This document shows, piece by piece, positions 1-12,209 of a DNA stretch of 64,000 bases (positions within the stretch are counted from its first letter, which is position 1; each line of letters opens with the position of its first letter). This DNA is from Phoronis australis (Eukaryota; Animalia; Phoronida), in contig NMRA01000231.1 of NCBI GenBank assembly GCA_002633005.1, positions 252,082-316,081 on the forward strand, in the 5' to 3' direction. Under the pieces are notes generated by a model. The model did no database searches. It had not been told where the DNA came from and saw only the letters and a list, made by a program, of their open reading frames with translations. Made by a program: the position numbers and the translations under genes.

Positions 1-1849
1 CGGTGCCCCCCAGTCGCCACCATCTTCCCCCTTCCAGTTGCAAACCCATGCCCCCTATTACCACACGCCACCTGTCCAGTGCATTTTTATGCAACTCAGC
101 CCTGGTCTCATAACACAGTGGGAACTCGGATATTTTATTTACTCACATCACTTTCCCTTGCCATGAAGAAATACCCAGAAAAAACGAGATTCGGGTTTGT
201 ACGGTACTTTAGTTGTAATTTACTACGCTAGATGTTGTTAATGGTATTGGAGCTAATGCATTGGAAGATGGCTGCACACTAACGAGAGATTTCTAGCCTA
301 TCACGTATAGTACGTTTGTGGGCAAATTTATGGAAAGTGAAAGTCAAAACAATTTTAGAATAGAATCGATTGAGGCATATATCATCCACGTGTAATCATT
401 TTTGTGGGAGATATGAAGGATTGAATAGGGTCTGAATAGGAACCCGGCAACTAGACTTTTACCCTCCATTTGCTTTCTGTACGCATTTCGTTACATGTAT
501 TTTAAACGGGCAGTTGGCCAAATCCGGCCACCGATTTTGAGTTTTCACCTAGTCAAAAATACATTCCACACTTAAAACTATCATTTAAAAAAGCGCTTAC
601 TTTCATCATTGGTCCTTTCTACCTCTATACATATCTTTGATGAAGTTTAGTTGTAAGAATTAAGGTGACTTTGGCGAAGAATTCCAATTCCACTTTTTGG
701 TTGCCGTTAACTTTTTCACCACGCGCGTCATAACCACAAAGTATGTCAACGGAGTCACGTGAGTTAGGCAAAGGCTAGCGCGAGACTGAGCAAAGCGCGT
801 AGCGGTGGCGAGTGACACTTGCAAAATAGCATGAGAAGGTGTCAGGTGAAATTTGTAATATTTGTGTCCCTTGGACTTTATACGTCAACATGCGTGATTT
901 CACGTAACTTCCTCAAAATGGCACCCGGTAAGAGAAAGTTGAGCAAACTGCAACAGATTTTCATTTATTTGTTCGAATTATTGTGACTGAATCGTCTCCA
1001 GACTTATGGTATAAGTTGTTTATAACTCCATGTACATATACCGGTATGCTTGTTTCATTTGATTTTATTTCCTGTATTTTGAAATGAGTAACTTTTTGTG
1101 GGGATGTACAATTGCCCCTGTATGCCTCCAGAGCGATGTAATTGCCTAGGTTGGATATTGAGGTTTAAGCTAAGTGTCATCATATAATTCTAGACATGAG
1201 AATACATATAAATCCATATAACTAGGCATCACATTCCCAGTTCGCGCCCCATTTATTAAAATTGTGGTGTTTTCCCTCCTGCACATAGCGAAACTCTGCA
1301 GAAAGTGACAGTTGGTTACCTGTGTGAGTTTTGGGAGCTGAAATACTTGTGAGATAAGCATTCACAAAGACTCTGGCACTGATAGACTTATACAGAAGTA
1401 TTTTTGTCTATTGATCACAAAAATTGAGGGTGTGCACTAACTGAAACAATGGCGTTTGAAACTGAAAGTTTTAAATTTCAGATTTAGTCATTAAGCTGAA
1501 CAATTTGGGCATAAACTGAGACAAGTACGGCTTGACTCAATGTTTTTCCTAATATTTTTTTAAGGACAACAGTTAACAAAACTAGTTGACAATGTTTCTT
1601 CTTAATTGTCATATAGTTTACAGAATGTTATATTAAACGTCTCGACTTATTTTCAACTACGTCAGATTTCTTTCTTTGTTCATGCAAATTTTGATGAAAG
1701 TTGTCAAATTTTGTAAGAAATATTGTAGCCTAATCTGTGTCTGTTACCTTGGGGCCCACGGAAATTTTGCCCCGGCAGTGCAGATTGGTCTGTGATTTTA
1801 ACAGCTAAAACATCTATCTAAATTTCTTCCATTCTGATTTCTCTTTCAG

Positions 1850-4800
1850 AGTCAACTGTTCTTTCTATTTTAAGATTGGAGCATGTCGTCATGGAGAGCG
1901 TTGCTCGCGGTTACACAATAAACCTACTTTCAGCCAGGTAGACTGTCAAGAGAAACTTTGCTTTGTTTAAACTTCAGGACAAAGGTGTAATTTGTATTTA
2001 GTTATTCTGCCAATGAGTTTGGCTGTTAAAATTTTGGTGTAACTCTGCTTCAATGTTTTGAATACTGTAGTTAAAAATCTCAAAAATCAAGAAGTTGGTG
2101 ACAGGAAGTGGGCGACAAGAAGTGGGCGACGGGAAGTGGGCGACGGGAATTGGGCAACGGGAAGGGGGCGATGGGAAGTGGGCGATGGGAAGTGGGCGAC
2201 AGGAAGTGGGCGACAGGAAGTTGAGGTTGAGGGCTTAGATGTAATGTTTTTTGAAATGTCTGTAAGGTAATTCACCTGACCTGGCAATTTTGAGTTTTGG
2301 AACTGAGAGCTTTTATGTAAGTCAGTTTATATGGTTCTCTTAAGGAACCAAAGGCAGACCTTCATCTAGAGGTTGTTCCGTGCGTCCAATTGAACACCCT
2401 GATCGGCATTTCGATGCATGTAAACAAGGGTGTAAGTTTCAACTTACTAACAGCAGCTCTAGGAACCCATTGACATGTTGAATAACCACGGATGCTCATT
2501 AGAGTGAAATCCTCTGAAATTATGGGTTGATTTTTTATTTCAAGATATTTAATGACTGATTTTTATGATAGTAACAAACTTGATAAAATCTTGCAATGCT
2601 AAGTGGTTCTTGTGTTGGTTTCTGGCTATGCTTGCTGGCAGACTAGATCTCATGAATGCTTTGCTTTGCAAGCTATGCAGTGCATTTGGCCGGATTCAGT
2701 TCATGAAAGTCATGCACTAGCGTTGCTGCTTAGATCCTATAATCACCTCACTTTCAACACCAATTGTGAGGTAGCTAAGTCTCTCCTGGAGGCTTGTTGG
2801 CAATGGGAATAAAAAAGTTGATGTACCTGTAAAATGCCAAGATGTTTTCTGTAGAACAATGTCTCATATGTAACACAATCACACTGTAACAACAATGATG
2901 AACACTATGTGGTCGTGGATGCCCTGAGCAATCATGACAAGCGATTTAATGGACGCCCTCTGTTTGAAATCCAGGATGAACCTCTGATCAAAGGCATTAA
3001 TGGTTATTAATTAATTTTGGTTATACAACAGAACGTGTTGAAAATTGGAAGAACGACGAGGTGGGCATTCACCCAAGTTGGGTGTTAATCAGGCTTAGTG
3101 CGGATTTCTGTGGCTCCTGCTTTTGCTGAGGTTCACTTTGTGATATTCTACTTATAAGTACAAAGTTGAACATGACTTATCTTTCCCTGCCCCTTGAAAT
3201 TACACGAAAAGGACTGGTTATGACAAGTCTATAAGATAACTAACTTCAGTATAGCGGCGCACTTGACACCTTTTTACCTTCTGTTACACTTTTGTTGTGA
3301 AGAAACTGCAACTCAGTTGTCACGTTCTGACTGTGAACCATGCGAAACGTGAAAGTCCACTCTATTTAATTTTACTTTGTCTCATTTCAGACTATTGTCA
3401 TTCCCAACCTTTACCTAAACCCGCAGAACTCGGCCCAAACTGCTGATGGCTCACACTGTAAGTACTCAGAGAGGCACAAAACCCATTTGATTGAGTGTTG
3501 AATTTACGTGAGCAGTCTCATTTCAATTTCAAGCGGTTGTCGATGAGGACAATTTTGGATGGGTAAGTGATGTCCTCTTGTGCTTATTTTCGTATTTATT
3601 TGTAACCTGTTAACTCAATAAAACTACCCTCTTCATATGCTTAAGTTTCCACTTGCATCTTCACTGGACTTGCTAATTTTTATGTAGGTCTATCAACAAA
3701 GGTCGCAATTATGCTGAAGCCAAAAATTTTTTAAGCACTGTACAAACAAATGCCAACATCCTTCAAGTCTTCCACCCTGGCTTAATGTTTAGCTGGTATT
3801 TCTCCATGTTCCTTAAAAGTTTACACAACAGTCTGCTCGAGAAGCACAGTGAAGTTTAGCTGTGTTGACTCATTCTTTCCAGAATCAAAACTTCTCACTC
3901 TTGACATTGGACCAACTGCAGTAGCGGTCAAATTAAATTAACTTGACTGTTTCACTTCAATTATAATGCCAATCACTGGTTGAGCTATGAAGTTGAATTA
4001 TTGTAAAAATTCAGGGTATCTTTATGTGTAATAAGGTAATAGTTGTTCAATTTTGAATAGTCACTAGTGTAACTTGGGACACGGAAACTCCTACAAAAGT
4101 TGAAAATTCTTGATCATGCTGTTAATAGTCCCGTTAAACGAGATAAGGATAAATTTGGACAAATCTTTTGAATTTCTCCAATTTGATGTGGTCAGCTGGA
4201 CCAGTTCTATCGGCATTCCATTCACATCATACAAGACAAAAAGTGTATAGTTATCAATAGAGTGACTGTATTCACTGGGTCACATAGTGGGTGAAATTAC
4301 TGTCTCTGATCTGACCACATCTAAATAGAAATCTTGAAAGCATCCATACTCTATTTTTTATTTTCTTTTTGGGGACATGAAACCTGACTAAAATCTGAAT
4401 GGAGGAGTAAAAATTAGAGTGTGTGGATTCTTGAATTTTCAAAATTGGTCAAGTAAAAAAAATTTCATCAACAAAAACCCAGGCCTTGACCTTTTCATTC
4501 GAAAGTAATTTCCGGCATGGCGTATAATCTAACTGCATCATTAACTCACAATAGAAGCTGTGCCTAAAAGAATGTGTATAAAACTTGTCCTGGTCTAATA
4601 ATCTTGTTTAAATAAGGGAATGTTCAGAGCATGATTCAGGAATTTGGGACAAAGCTGATTTGGCGTTCTCCACATTTCTCAAATTTCAAACTAAGTGTTT
4701 TCAATCTACACAATGGCACTACTTATATGCCTATTTCTACAATTCGGGACAAGCTCTGACCTTGAGCAAAATAATTAGTTTTTCAATATCACAAATTGGA

Positions 4801-7800
4801 GAATTGCACCCGTAGTCGCTCTTCAGTGCCTGTACATAGATTGCTTGAAATTTGTCATTGGTGCATCGCTTGAAAAAGTGATGTGGGGTTAGCTAATTTC
4901 CCACGAAAGCTGGTTTTTGTGAGTATTTGGAATTATTATAATTGCACAGCTTTAAGACATCATACAAATAAATGTGGGTGCATTGTCTCCGTACGGAGAA
5001 TCCGTTGGATCATCTGTGTGTTGTTATTTGTTCTGTTTTCAAGTGTCTAAATTATATCAGGGCTCTCCAGGACAACAAAACACTGAAGATGAATTCTGGG
5101 GAACAGAGTTTTGTCCAATTTTGAAGGCTGCTGACTGAATTTGTTATCATGATTAGCTTTTGGTGACTAGATGTGTTAGGCCAAACAAACCAATTAGCTT
5201 GTTATGGCGTATGACACCGACTCATGTTAATGCGCTTACTATTAAACCAAATAAAAAATTGTCCAGTAGCATCAATATCAGCCAAAGTCTCATATTTTTT
5301 GAAAAGTTGCACAAAAGCATGCAATAACAACACCGCACCTCTAACCCAATTTTCAAAAAGAAAAAACAGACCATAAGCAACTGATATGCTTTCTTGGCCT
5401 TATCATCATCATCATCATCATCATCATCATCTCCTTAACTTGTCTCACATTAACCTTTGCTTTGGTTGTTGTGTATAACTACATGTATTCTTTACATTAA
5501 CCGTACTGTCATTGCAGTAATAGCTGTCAGTGATGTACAGATGCAGCAACACTATGACGACTTCTTTGAGGAAGTTTTCGTGGAACTTGAGAGCAAGGTC
5601 AGACAGCTGGGGACTGTTTCATGGAAGTGACTTGTTATGAGGGTGTAGAAATTTATGGTTCCACTTCACAATTGCTGAAAAGGCTTTAGCTAAAGAAATC
5701 ATGTGTACATCACTGCATGTCTAGATATAAATTGTGGAAAATATACCAGTAATTAGCTGTTAATGTGTGCATTTTCTCAGAGATCTAATTAGCAGTTTTG
5801 TGAGATTTAATTAGTGCCGAAATGGTTGTGTGGAGTGTAAGACCAAATTTCTGATGTAAGTCTTTTTAAGTCACATGTCATGAAACGGACACTGGTATTG
5901 ATTAAAAACCATATTCACTCACGTCAATGCCCAGGTTATTCAAAGTGCATGAAAAACGCATTAGAAGTCGTGGGCATGGGAGTTGAAAACAAATATTTTT
6001 TAATCAGTGTGGGTGAATGTTTTCCAAACAATGTTTGAAGCTGGCCTAATGGTTGAAAATTCAGTTATAACCAAACTAGAGGTGACATACATGAATTTGT
6101 TTGAAATTCAAGGATGATCATTTACCACAGCCAATACAATTACTAATTTAAAATGAACAGTTTTGTTTCTGAATTGACATAACAATGTTGCTTTTTTGTT
6201 TTTTGAAGTCGTTTCTTTAATTTTAGACACGGTAGGTTTACATTTCTGGGTTTTCATACTCATGCACCTATTTGTCGCCAATAGAATAAAGAAACACGGA
6301 CTTTTGCAATAATCTCATGCCAAGAATTGTACGCTTTGCCTCTTGGATTACCTCAAAATCCAATTGCTACCTGGTGGTTTGGTAACTGGTCCAGTTATGT
6401 TGCACACCCATCAGAATCAATGTGTGACATATTGCAACATTAAACAAATTACCGTTTTAGGTTGTAAAACTCATTTCTTGTCTATAATTTTCAAAATTCA
6501 AAAACCTAATCACATTTGCTTTTCACGAAGTGTTCAAATACGTTAGTCACAAACTTTCAACCCAAAAATTTAGAAATATTATTGTCGCCTCCAATGTGTT
6601 GATGATGGTTACATTATCTAGAGAAAAAACATCAGCAGCCTGTCAGAGGCGATTTAATAAACCACAATGTCATGGTGTCTTTGATCTAAACTAGCAAATT
6701 CTGAGGTGTGCAAACCGGTCGAGTCGTTTGACCGGTCAGGGTGTCAACGTACGCATGTTTTTATGTTCTTAACATTTTACATAATTATTGACCGTACATT
6801 TTAATTTTAGTATGGTGATATTGAAGAGATGAATGTGTGTGACAACCTTGGAGACCACCTGGTGGGCAGTGTCTATGTCAAGGTCAGTACTGTGTTGCTC
6901 AAGTTGCATTTTTTGACAGTCTCTGTGATTGTAAGGTAGAAATACAATATATTATGACAAATATGAATATATAAAGAGCTAAGGAAGCTATTAAATATTT
7001 TAAGAATAAGATTTAATTAATGATCTACCAATTGTCACCGAACGTGTCCAGTTAGTAACAGGATGGGTTGCATGGGTTGCAGGAATTATTGATCCATGAA
7101 GTGCTGGGAGGATGTGTGCCTCTGAGGAGTCATTATTGTGAAACTCATTCATTTGGATTTTTTTTTATCAAATTATCTGTGAATACAGTTGCTGGTTGGT
7201 TATGGAATGCTATTTGAAGTAACACTGTTTAATACAATTCACCTTTAAGCTTTTTAGGACTTTGTCATTTTCTATTCTCTTTATATGAACACGAATTGAC
7301 TGAGGTCCTTCTATAGAATCACCTGCATGTTGATTCTAGTCGTGTGTTGTGTTATCTGTCAACCTCAGAACTATAAGTGGTGGAGTCTCCCTGAGTCAAC
7401 ACAAAACGCCGATGTTTCGATGATCTCTGGATTTGCACTCTACCTTCCAGCAAAAGTTTGATTCTTGAGATCTCTACAATGCCTACAGTGTTGCTTCTCA
7501 GCTGATGTTAAAATGATATATAGTAACTCGTGTCAAGTTGGAGTCTACGCAGCTGCGAGATCGCACTCGTTTCAAATGCCAACTGAAGACTTGAACAATG
7601 GCTGGCACTGCCACGTAACTTTGTCGGTGTTGAGTGAAGAACTGACTTATTAATAAGCGTGGTGTAGTGTATTTTTAGACTTGACAATTTGAACTCATCT
7701 TTGTCTTTCAATGTTTAGTTCCGTTATGAAGAAGATGCTGAAAAGGCTGTCAATGACCTGAATAATCGATGGTTCAATGGTCGCCCAATAACTGCGGAAC

Positions 7801-8204
7801 TTTCTCCGGTCACTGATTTCCGAGAAGCCTGCTGCCGGCAGTATGAAATGGGGTACGTGATCTGTAGCCTTTATGGCCTCACTGTTGATTTCCCAAGTTT
7901 GGATGCTTCTCCAAATTATCATTCAGGTAGCCATAATTTATTAAAATGAAACAAAAACCACCAAATGGTGGCACTGCATGAAGCTTTAACCATGCTTTGA
8001 CGAATATTTTGTTTCCACAGAGAGTGCACAAGAGGTGGTTTCTGCAACTTTATGCATCTCAAGCCAATATCGCGAGAACTTCGCCGCGAATTGTATGGAC
8101 GTAGCAAGCGAAACCGGCGACGGTCTCATTCTCGCTCTCCAGCCCGCAAGAGGTCAAGGTCTAGGAGCCGTGAGCGAAGACGAGACCGTTCTGGCAGGTT
8201 TTAA
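1850..8204 (+). CDS. U2AF1: Splicing factor U2AF 35 kDa subunit (5'-partial; exon 1 upstream of window)
   Basis: Phase-consistent GT-AG exons: 1850-1937 ([29 protein letters not shown], ZnF1), 3391-3457 ([22 protein letters not shown]), 5518-5597 ([25 protein letters not shown]), 6811-6882 ([24 protein letters not shown]), 7719-7852 ([45 protein letters not shown]), 8021-8204 ([29 protein letters not shown] tail ending DRSGRF*). AATAAA at ~8376. Confidence 0.97.
2097..2221 (+). repeat. 14-bp minisatellite (GGAAGTGGGCGACR), ~9 copies
   Basis: Directly visible tandem units in U2AF1 intron 2. Confidence 0.9.
4095..4650. mobile_element. Degenerate palindromic MITE-like element
   Basis: AAATTCTTGATCATGCTG...CCCGTTAAACGAGAT (~4104-4145) is inversely matched by ATCTTGTTTAAATAAGGG...AGCATGATTCAGGAATTT (~4600-4645). 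Boundaries approximate. Confidence 0.5.
5176..5402. mobile_element. Short MITE with GGCCAA termini
   Basis: TTA-GGCCAA at the left end and TTGGCC-TTA at the right end. Confidence 0.4.
5401..5430 (+). repeat. (CAT)n microsatellite, ~10 units
   Basis: Directly visible. Confidence 0.9.
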
Positions 8205-8644
8205 GTTAGGAGTCGTTTCAGTTTTTATTTTTTCCCACAAAATTTTGGTAGACATTCAAGTACTGTTCTTGTTTCTACACTTGTTTCAATTTTGCTATAA
8301 CCAGTTAAAGTTTTTTGTTTTATCAACATTATTTAGTCTTATTTCAATATTTTCATGTTAATTGACTTGAAGGCTAATAAAATATTTGCTGTTTCAATGC
8401 TGTGCTTAATTAATGAATGTGGGAATTCCACTAAAACAAAGCTCTCAATTTTTGTGTCCGAACCATACTTTAGCAAAGTAATTAAAAAAGTGAGTTTGTA
8501 AAAAACGACAAGAATTTTTCAACTCTTAACTTGCACGAGATTACAATAAAAATGATACAAGGTTCTTTTAATTTCTTGAAAGGTAACATTCTAACCATTT
8601 CAATGTGGAAAATATATTTTCGGTGAAGATATGAGGCATTTTGA

Positions 8645-8940
8645 TACTGTGTTCTCCACATTCGGTTTTTACTTGTAATTGCATCGAGTTTTAATTTTGT
8701 TGTGTCTAATTTGGCTTAGTTGTGTAGAATCTGAAAAACTGCAACAGATTTGAGTATTGGGAGATGTGTCGTTTGTTAAACAAATCAAAACATTTTAGAT
8801 GTTTGGTACCAATTCAATGCGTTTACTCTAAGACTTAACATACAGACTCCCCAGAGTGTGAATATGGAATTATGCACGTATTGAACATTTTTTTTGCAAT
8901 TCCAGTAAAAAATGAAATTTCTGCTGTGGAGAACACAGAA
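8645..8940. mobile_element. MITE-like element with inverted termini
   Basis: CTGTGTTCTCCACA (~8647) and its exact reverse complement TGTGGAGAACACAG (~8925). Confidence 0.5.
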
Positions 8941-9090
8941 GTACATAAGAAATGGAACGAGGCCAGATACCGTTTCCTCGGCATGATAACTACTTTTAGT
9001 AACTGCAAAAATGTCTGATAATTAACGTTATGATGACAAAGTTCTAGAAAACGACTTGGTCACCTTAACTTTCTGTTAATTCCCCCATCA

Positions 9091-9197
9091 TTTGGGCATA
9101 TCATGAATTTGGGCATATCATGAATTTGGGCATATCATGAATTTGGGCATATCATGAATTTGGGCATATCATGAATTTGGGCATATCATGAATTTGG
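9091..9197 (+). repeat. Perfect 17-bp minisatellite (TTTGGGCATATCATGAA) x6
   Basis: Six identical units plus a partial unit. Confidence 0.95.
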
Positions 9198-10820
9198 CTT
9201 TCTTCCAGTCGTGAGGAGGAACGATTCAGTGTCATTTTGTGTAATACTTTCAGTTTGTACTGTAGCTAAACGGTGAAGTTCAGATGACATGTGACAAAGC
9301 GTTCAGTTTTCTATCGTTCAGAAGCCAATCGCTGCAAATGCCTGAAATTTTCCAGACTTATTGGATATTAATTACATTAGGTATGATGATACTCGGCAGT
9401 AAAAAGTTTAGAAAAGTCATCTTTGTTGAGAAGTTCAATGAAACTTCACTTTTTTGCCATACTGTGTCCAAAAGTGAAGAAATTGTACAGTTTTTTTTTC
9501 GACAGCGTTTAGATGGGCAATGCCCTTCTAAACCGAAGATCAACGCAAGGGCTCATATCAGTACTAGTAACCGAAAGGGCTGACTCTCAACAGTTATGAG
9601 CAGTTACTAAGTACTAAAATCTAAGATAAAAATGGCTGCCCAAAAAGACGAATATAGACAATGCAAATCACTTGATAAACTTTTAAATATTATTTGTACC
9701 ATCAAGAAATCTGTCAGACTCTGCCAAGCTTAAGATTGTTTTGATATTACTTTTAAGTCATAGTCACATGACAATTGCACATATCTGGCTGAAAACCCAG
9801 ATTTGTTGATAAGGTTTAACATAACCTTTAAAAAAATACCAAATATATAAAAGTTCCCCAACTTAATGGAAACATTTCAACATGAAAATTGCTAGGAAGA
9901 CTGGGCTCTTTACAACATTGCCTGTTCTGATGTGACATGATTTTAGGCTGTGTAACTGCAAAGAGTGACCATTTGCAGTTAAACGGCCTAAAATCATGAA
10001 GGGAACTATTTCCAAACCCCGCACCGTGGGTTATGCTTTCTCATCCAGCTCTTCAAAACAAAGTTAATAATGATTTATTGAAACATACACACATGGGCAT
10101 AGGCCCAATGTATATCATGTACACGACAGAATATTGTCAGGTGCCACGTTAAAGGTTTCTAGTAACAAAGAAAAACAAAGCTTAATATTTCAAATATTTA
10201 AAGACAATAACATCAATTTACATCATATGCTGCAACAACCATAAAGTCCTGACAAATAACTCAAAGAGCTTTCTCTGACAATCAAGACTACAATTATACT
10301 TAGCTTCAAAAGCTACCGGTCAAGATTTACACATTGAGGTACTCCTGTTCACAGGAAAAGAGTAATTCAAAGAAAATTTGACAGATTTTTTCTAAAACTG
10401 AGCTTTTTACTTTTCTTTACAATGGTAAACTAATGTAACAGGTTTGCAGAGAGGGCGAGACTTCAAATGTCACTTGAAATTGCAAAAAATAGCACGTCTG
10501 ATTAATGGAGATGGACTCCTTAACATAAATGGGTGTACATAAAAGTAGTACGCTACTGTAACCCTACATAAAGCTGATGCAGCTATATAATAATGCAAGC
10601 AAAATAAGTCAAAACAAGTGAATTTGCTCTCTGAGAAAGTTTATCACAAACCTTATATTCAAATAGGAACTACTTGTGTAAGGGAGAGGAACAATATGTA
10701 TTATATTGAGACAGTGTACTTGTGAACATGATTTCAGACTGCATTGTCACCCAACCTTGACTACATACTTCTATACTCTATGTCCCGGCTACCTCAACAA
10801 GTAATTAGAGTTTTTTAAAT

Positions 10821-11192
10821 CCCGTCCACACACAGCCTGCCCTAGAACAACTTACACTTAGTGCAACGTACCCCACTTTTAAGTGGAACATCCACACACA
10901 CATATTTTATAACTAGGGTAAGGCAGAAGTTGTCGCTCTGTGAAAACTAATGCTAAAACAGCGTGCAAGAAAAAAACGCCTCTACATAACCGTAGCTGAA
11001 ACTTACTTCTGCCTTACCCCAATTTTGTGGCCACACAGCGATTACAAATGGCGGAAGTTAGCCTACAAGTTACCCCACCTCGATAAAGTTGTCACAAGTG
11101 GGGGAAGTTATGCTAAGTATAAATAGCGTCCAGACAGCAGTCAAACCAAGCGACAACTCGTTCCATTGTAAGTCTGTGTGTGTGGACGGCAC
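10821..11192. mobile_element. Palindromic MITE, termini resembling PIF/Harbinger-derived elements
   Basis: CCGTCCACACACA at left / TGTGTGTGGACGG at right; internal inverted pair GGGTAAGGCAGAAGT / ACTTCTGCCTTACCC. Superfamily is inferred. Confidence 0.65.
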
Positions 11193-11709
11193 TTTGTGAC
11201 TAACGAAACGACTTAACACAACATTCAAAAATAGTTTGTGCCACATTCATATGGTACAGAGATTGGACAGTCTCACAATTAAAAGAGCTATAAACCTACC
11301 TCCTATCATAAAAACTTCTCATCTAGGCTATGAAAAAGGTCTCAAGTTCTTCAGTTGAAATAGACTTGATTTCTGGCCTTGGAAAGAGCTGGCCCTCGTT
11401 GACTGTCAGTGGCAAGTCTTTACAAGCCGACTTGTCACAGTGTGCATAGTGTCCAGCAATAACAAACTGTCAATTATTTATAAGACCAAAAATCATTCCT
11501 CGTTTGAGTAAGGAACAATTCAAGACCAATTTATAGCAGTAGAAGTGGTCTAAATCAAGTCAGTTTCTTTGACGGAATGCGGGTAATTGCTACTTTATAT
11601 GTTCTCCAGCTTTTAAAATTCCTCAATACAGATAACCGTCGTCATGACGCATGCATAAACAACGCAGAACATAGCATGCCCATTAGAGCACCGTTGCACC
11701 ACTCCTTGT

Positions 11710-11780
11710 TTATGCCCTGGTTTCAGCTTCGACATCAGGATCCAATTCTCCATTTTTCAAGTTTGCTGGTATGGCTCGCT
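11710..11780 (-). CDS. ETHE1: Putative alternative terminal exon of ETHE1 (ERAIPANLKNGELDPDVEAETRA*)
   Basis: Minus strand has a CTTAAT branch-point-like motif and TTTTTTACAG acceptor. It is phase 1, matching the exon 6 donor at 15284. Translation aligns with the canonical last exon (AIPANLKNG vs AVPANMKCG). Minus-strand AATAAA at 10074-10079. Confidence 0.75.
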
Positions 11781-11881
11781 CTGTAAAAAAGTGCATAAGA
11801 CATTAAGCCTAACATTTGAACAACAAAATTTTGTCTTCATACAACTGTTATTAGAACACTGCATTTTACATTTTTGTTTAT

Positions 11882-12209
11882 TTAAAGCTGCATTTTGTTG
11901 TTTAGCTGGCTAAAACAGAAATAGAAATAGGCCTTTAACTGCCATAGCTTTCCCTACCCAAATGGGATTCTATTGGTACGTTCCCTATACAGACAATGCA
12001 TGAATGAGTCATTTTCGAAATCACAATTTTAGGGTTGGCCAGCCCCAATAAACTCTGAAGTGTTTTCTTGAATCATAAATGGCTTTGATGTTCTTGTTGG
12101 TAACAGAAATAGAAACATTCCAAGATAATATTATGAGCAATTTACTATGTAAAAGGACTAATTGGATTTTCGTTTTTAGGCAGCTGAGCAGGACAAAATG
12201 CAGCTATAG
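11882..12209. mobile_element. MITE with TIRs, TTAA-like flank (Kolobok-like)
   Basis: TTAA-AGCTGCATTTTG at left / CAAAATGCAGCT-ATAG at right. Confidence 0.55.

Noticed and set aside
1-1849. U2AF1 exon 1 (MAEYLASIFGTEKDK-like)
   Set aside because: No matching reading found; it presumably lies upstream of the window.
2058-2287. Repetitive ORFs on both strands
   Set aside because: By-products of the 14-bp minisatellite.
8035-8361. 108-aa ORF
   Set aside because: Alternative frame over the U2AF1 last exon and its T-rich 3' UTR.
9091-9197. CRISPR-like array
   Set aside because: Contiguous units without spacers, no cas genes, eukaryotic context. The 30.5-33 kb array fails likewise because its inter-motif sequences are homologous to each other.
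11323-11466. Possible third ETHE1 terminal exon (FVIAGHYAHCDK...)
   Set aside because: Open only in phase 0, incompatible with the phase-1 donor, and lacks PAN homology.
11710-11725. Peroxisomal PTS1 on the alternative ETHE1 tail
   Set aside because: The tail ends in TRA, which does not fit the SKL-type consensus.
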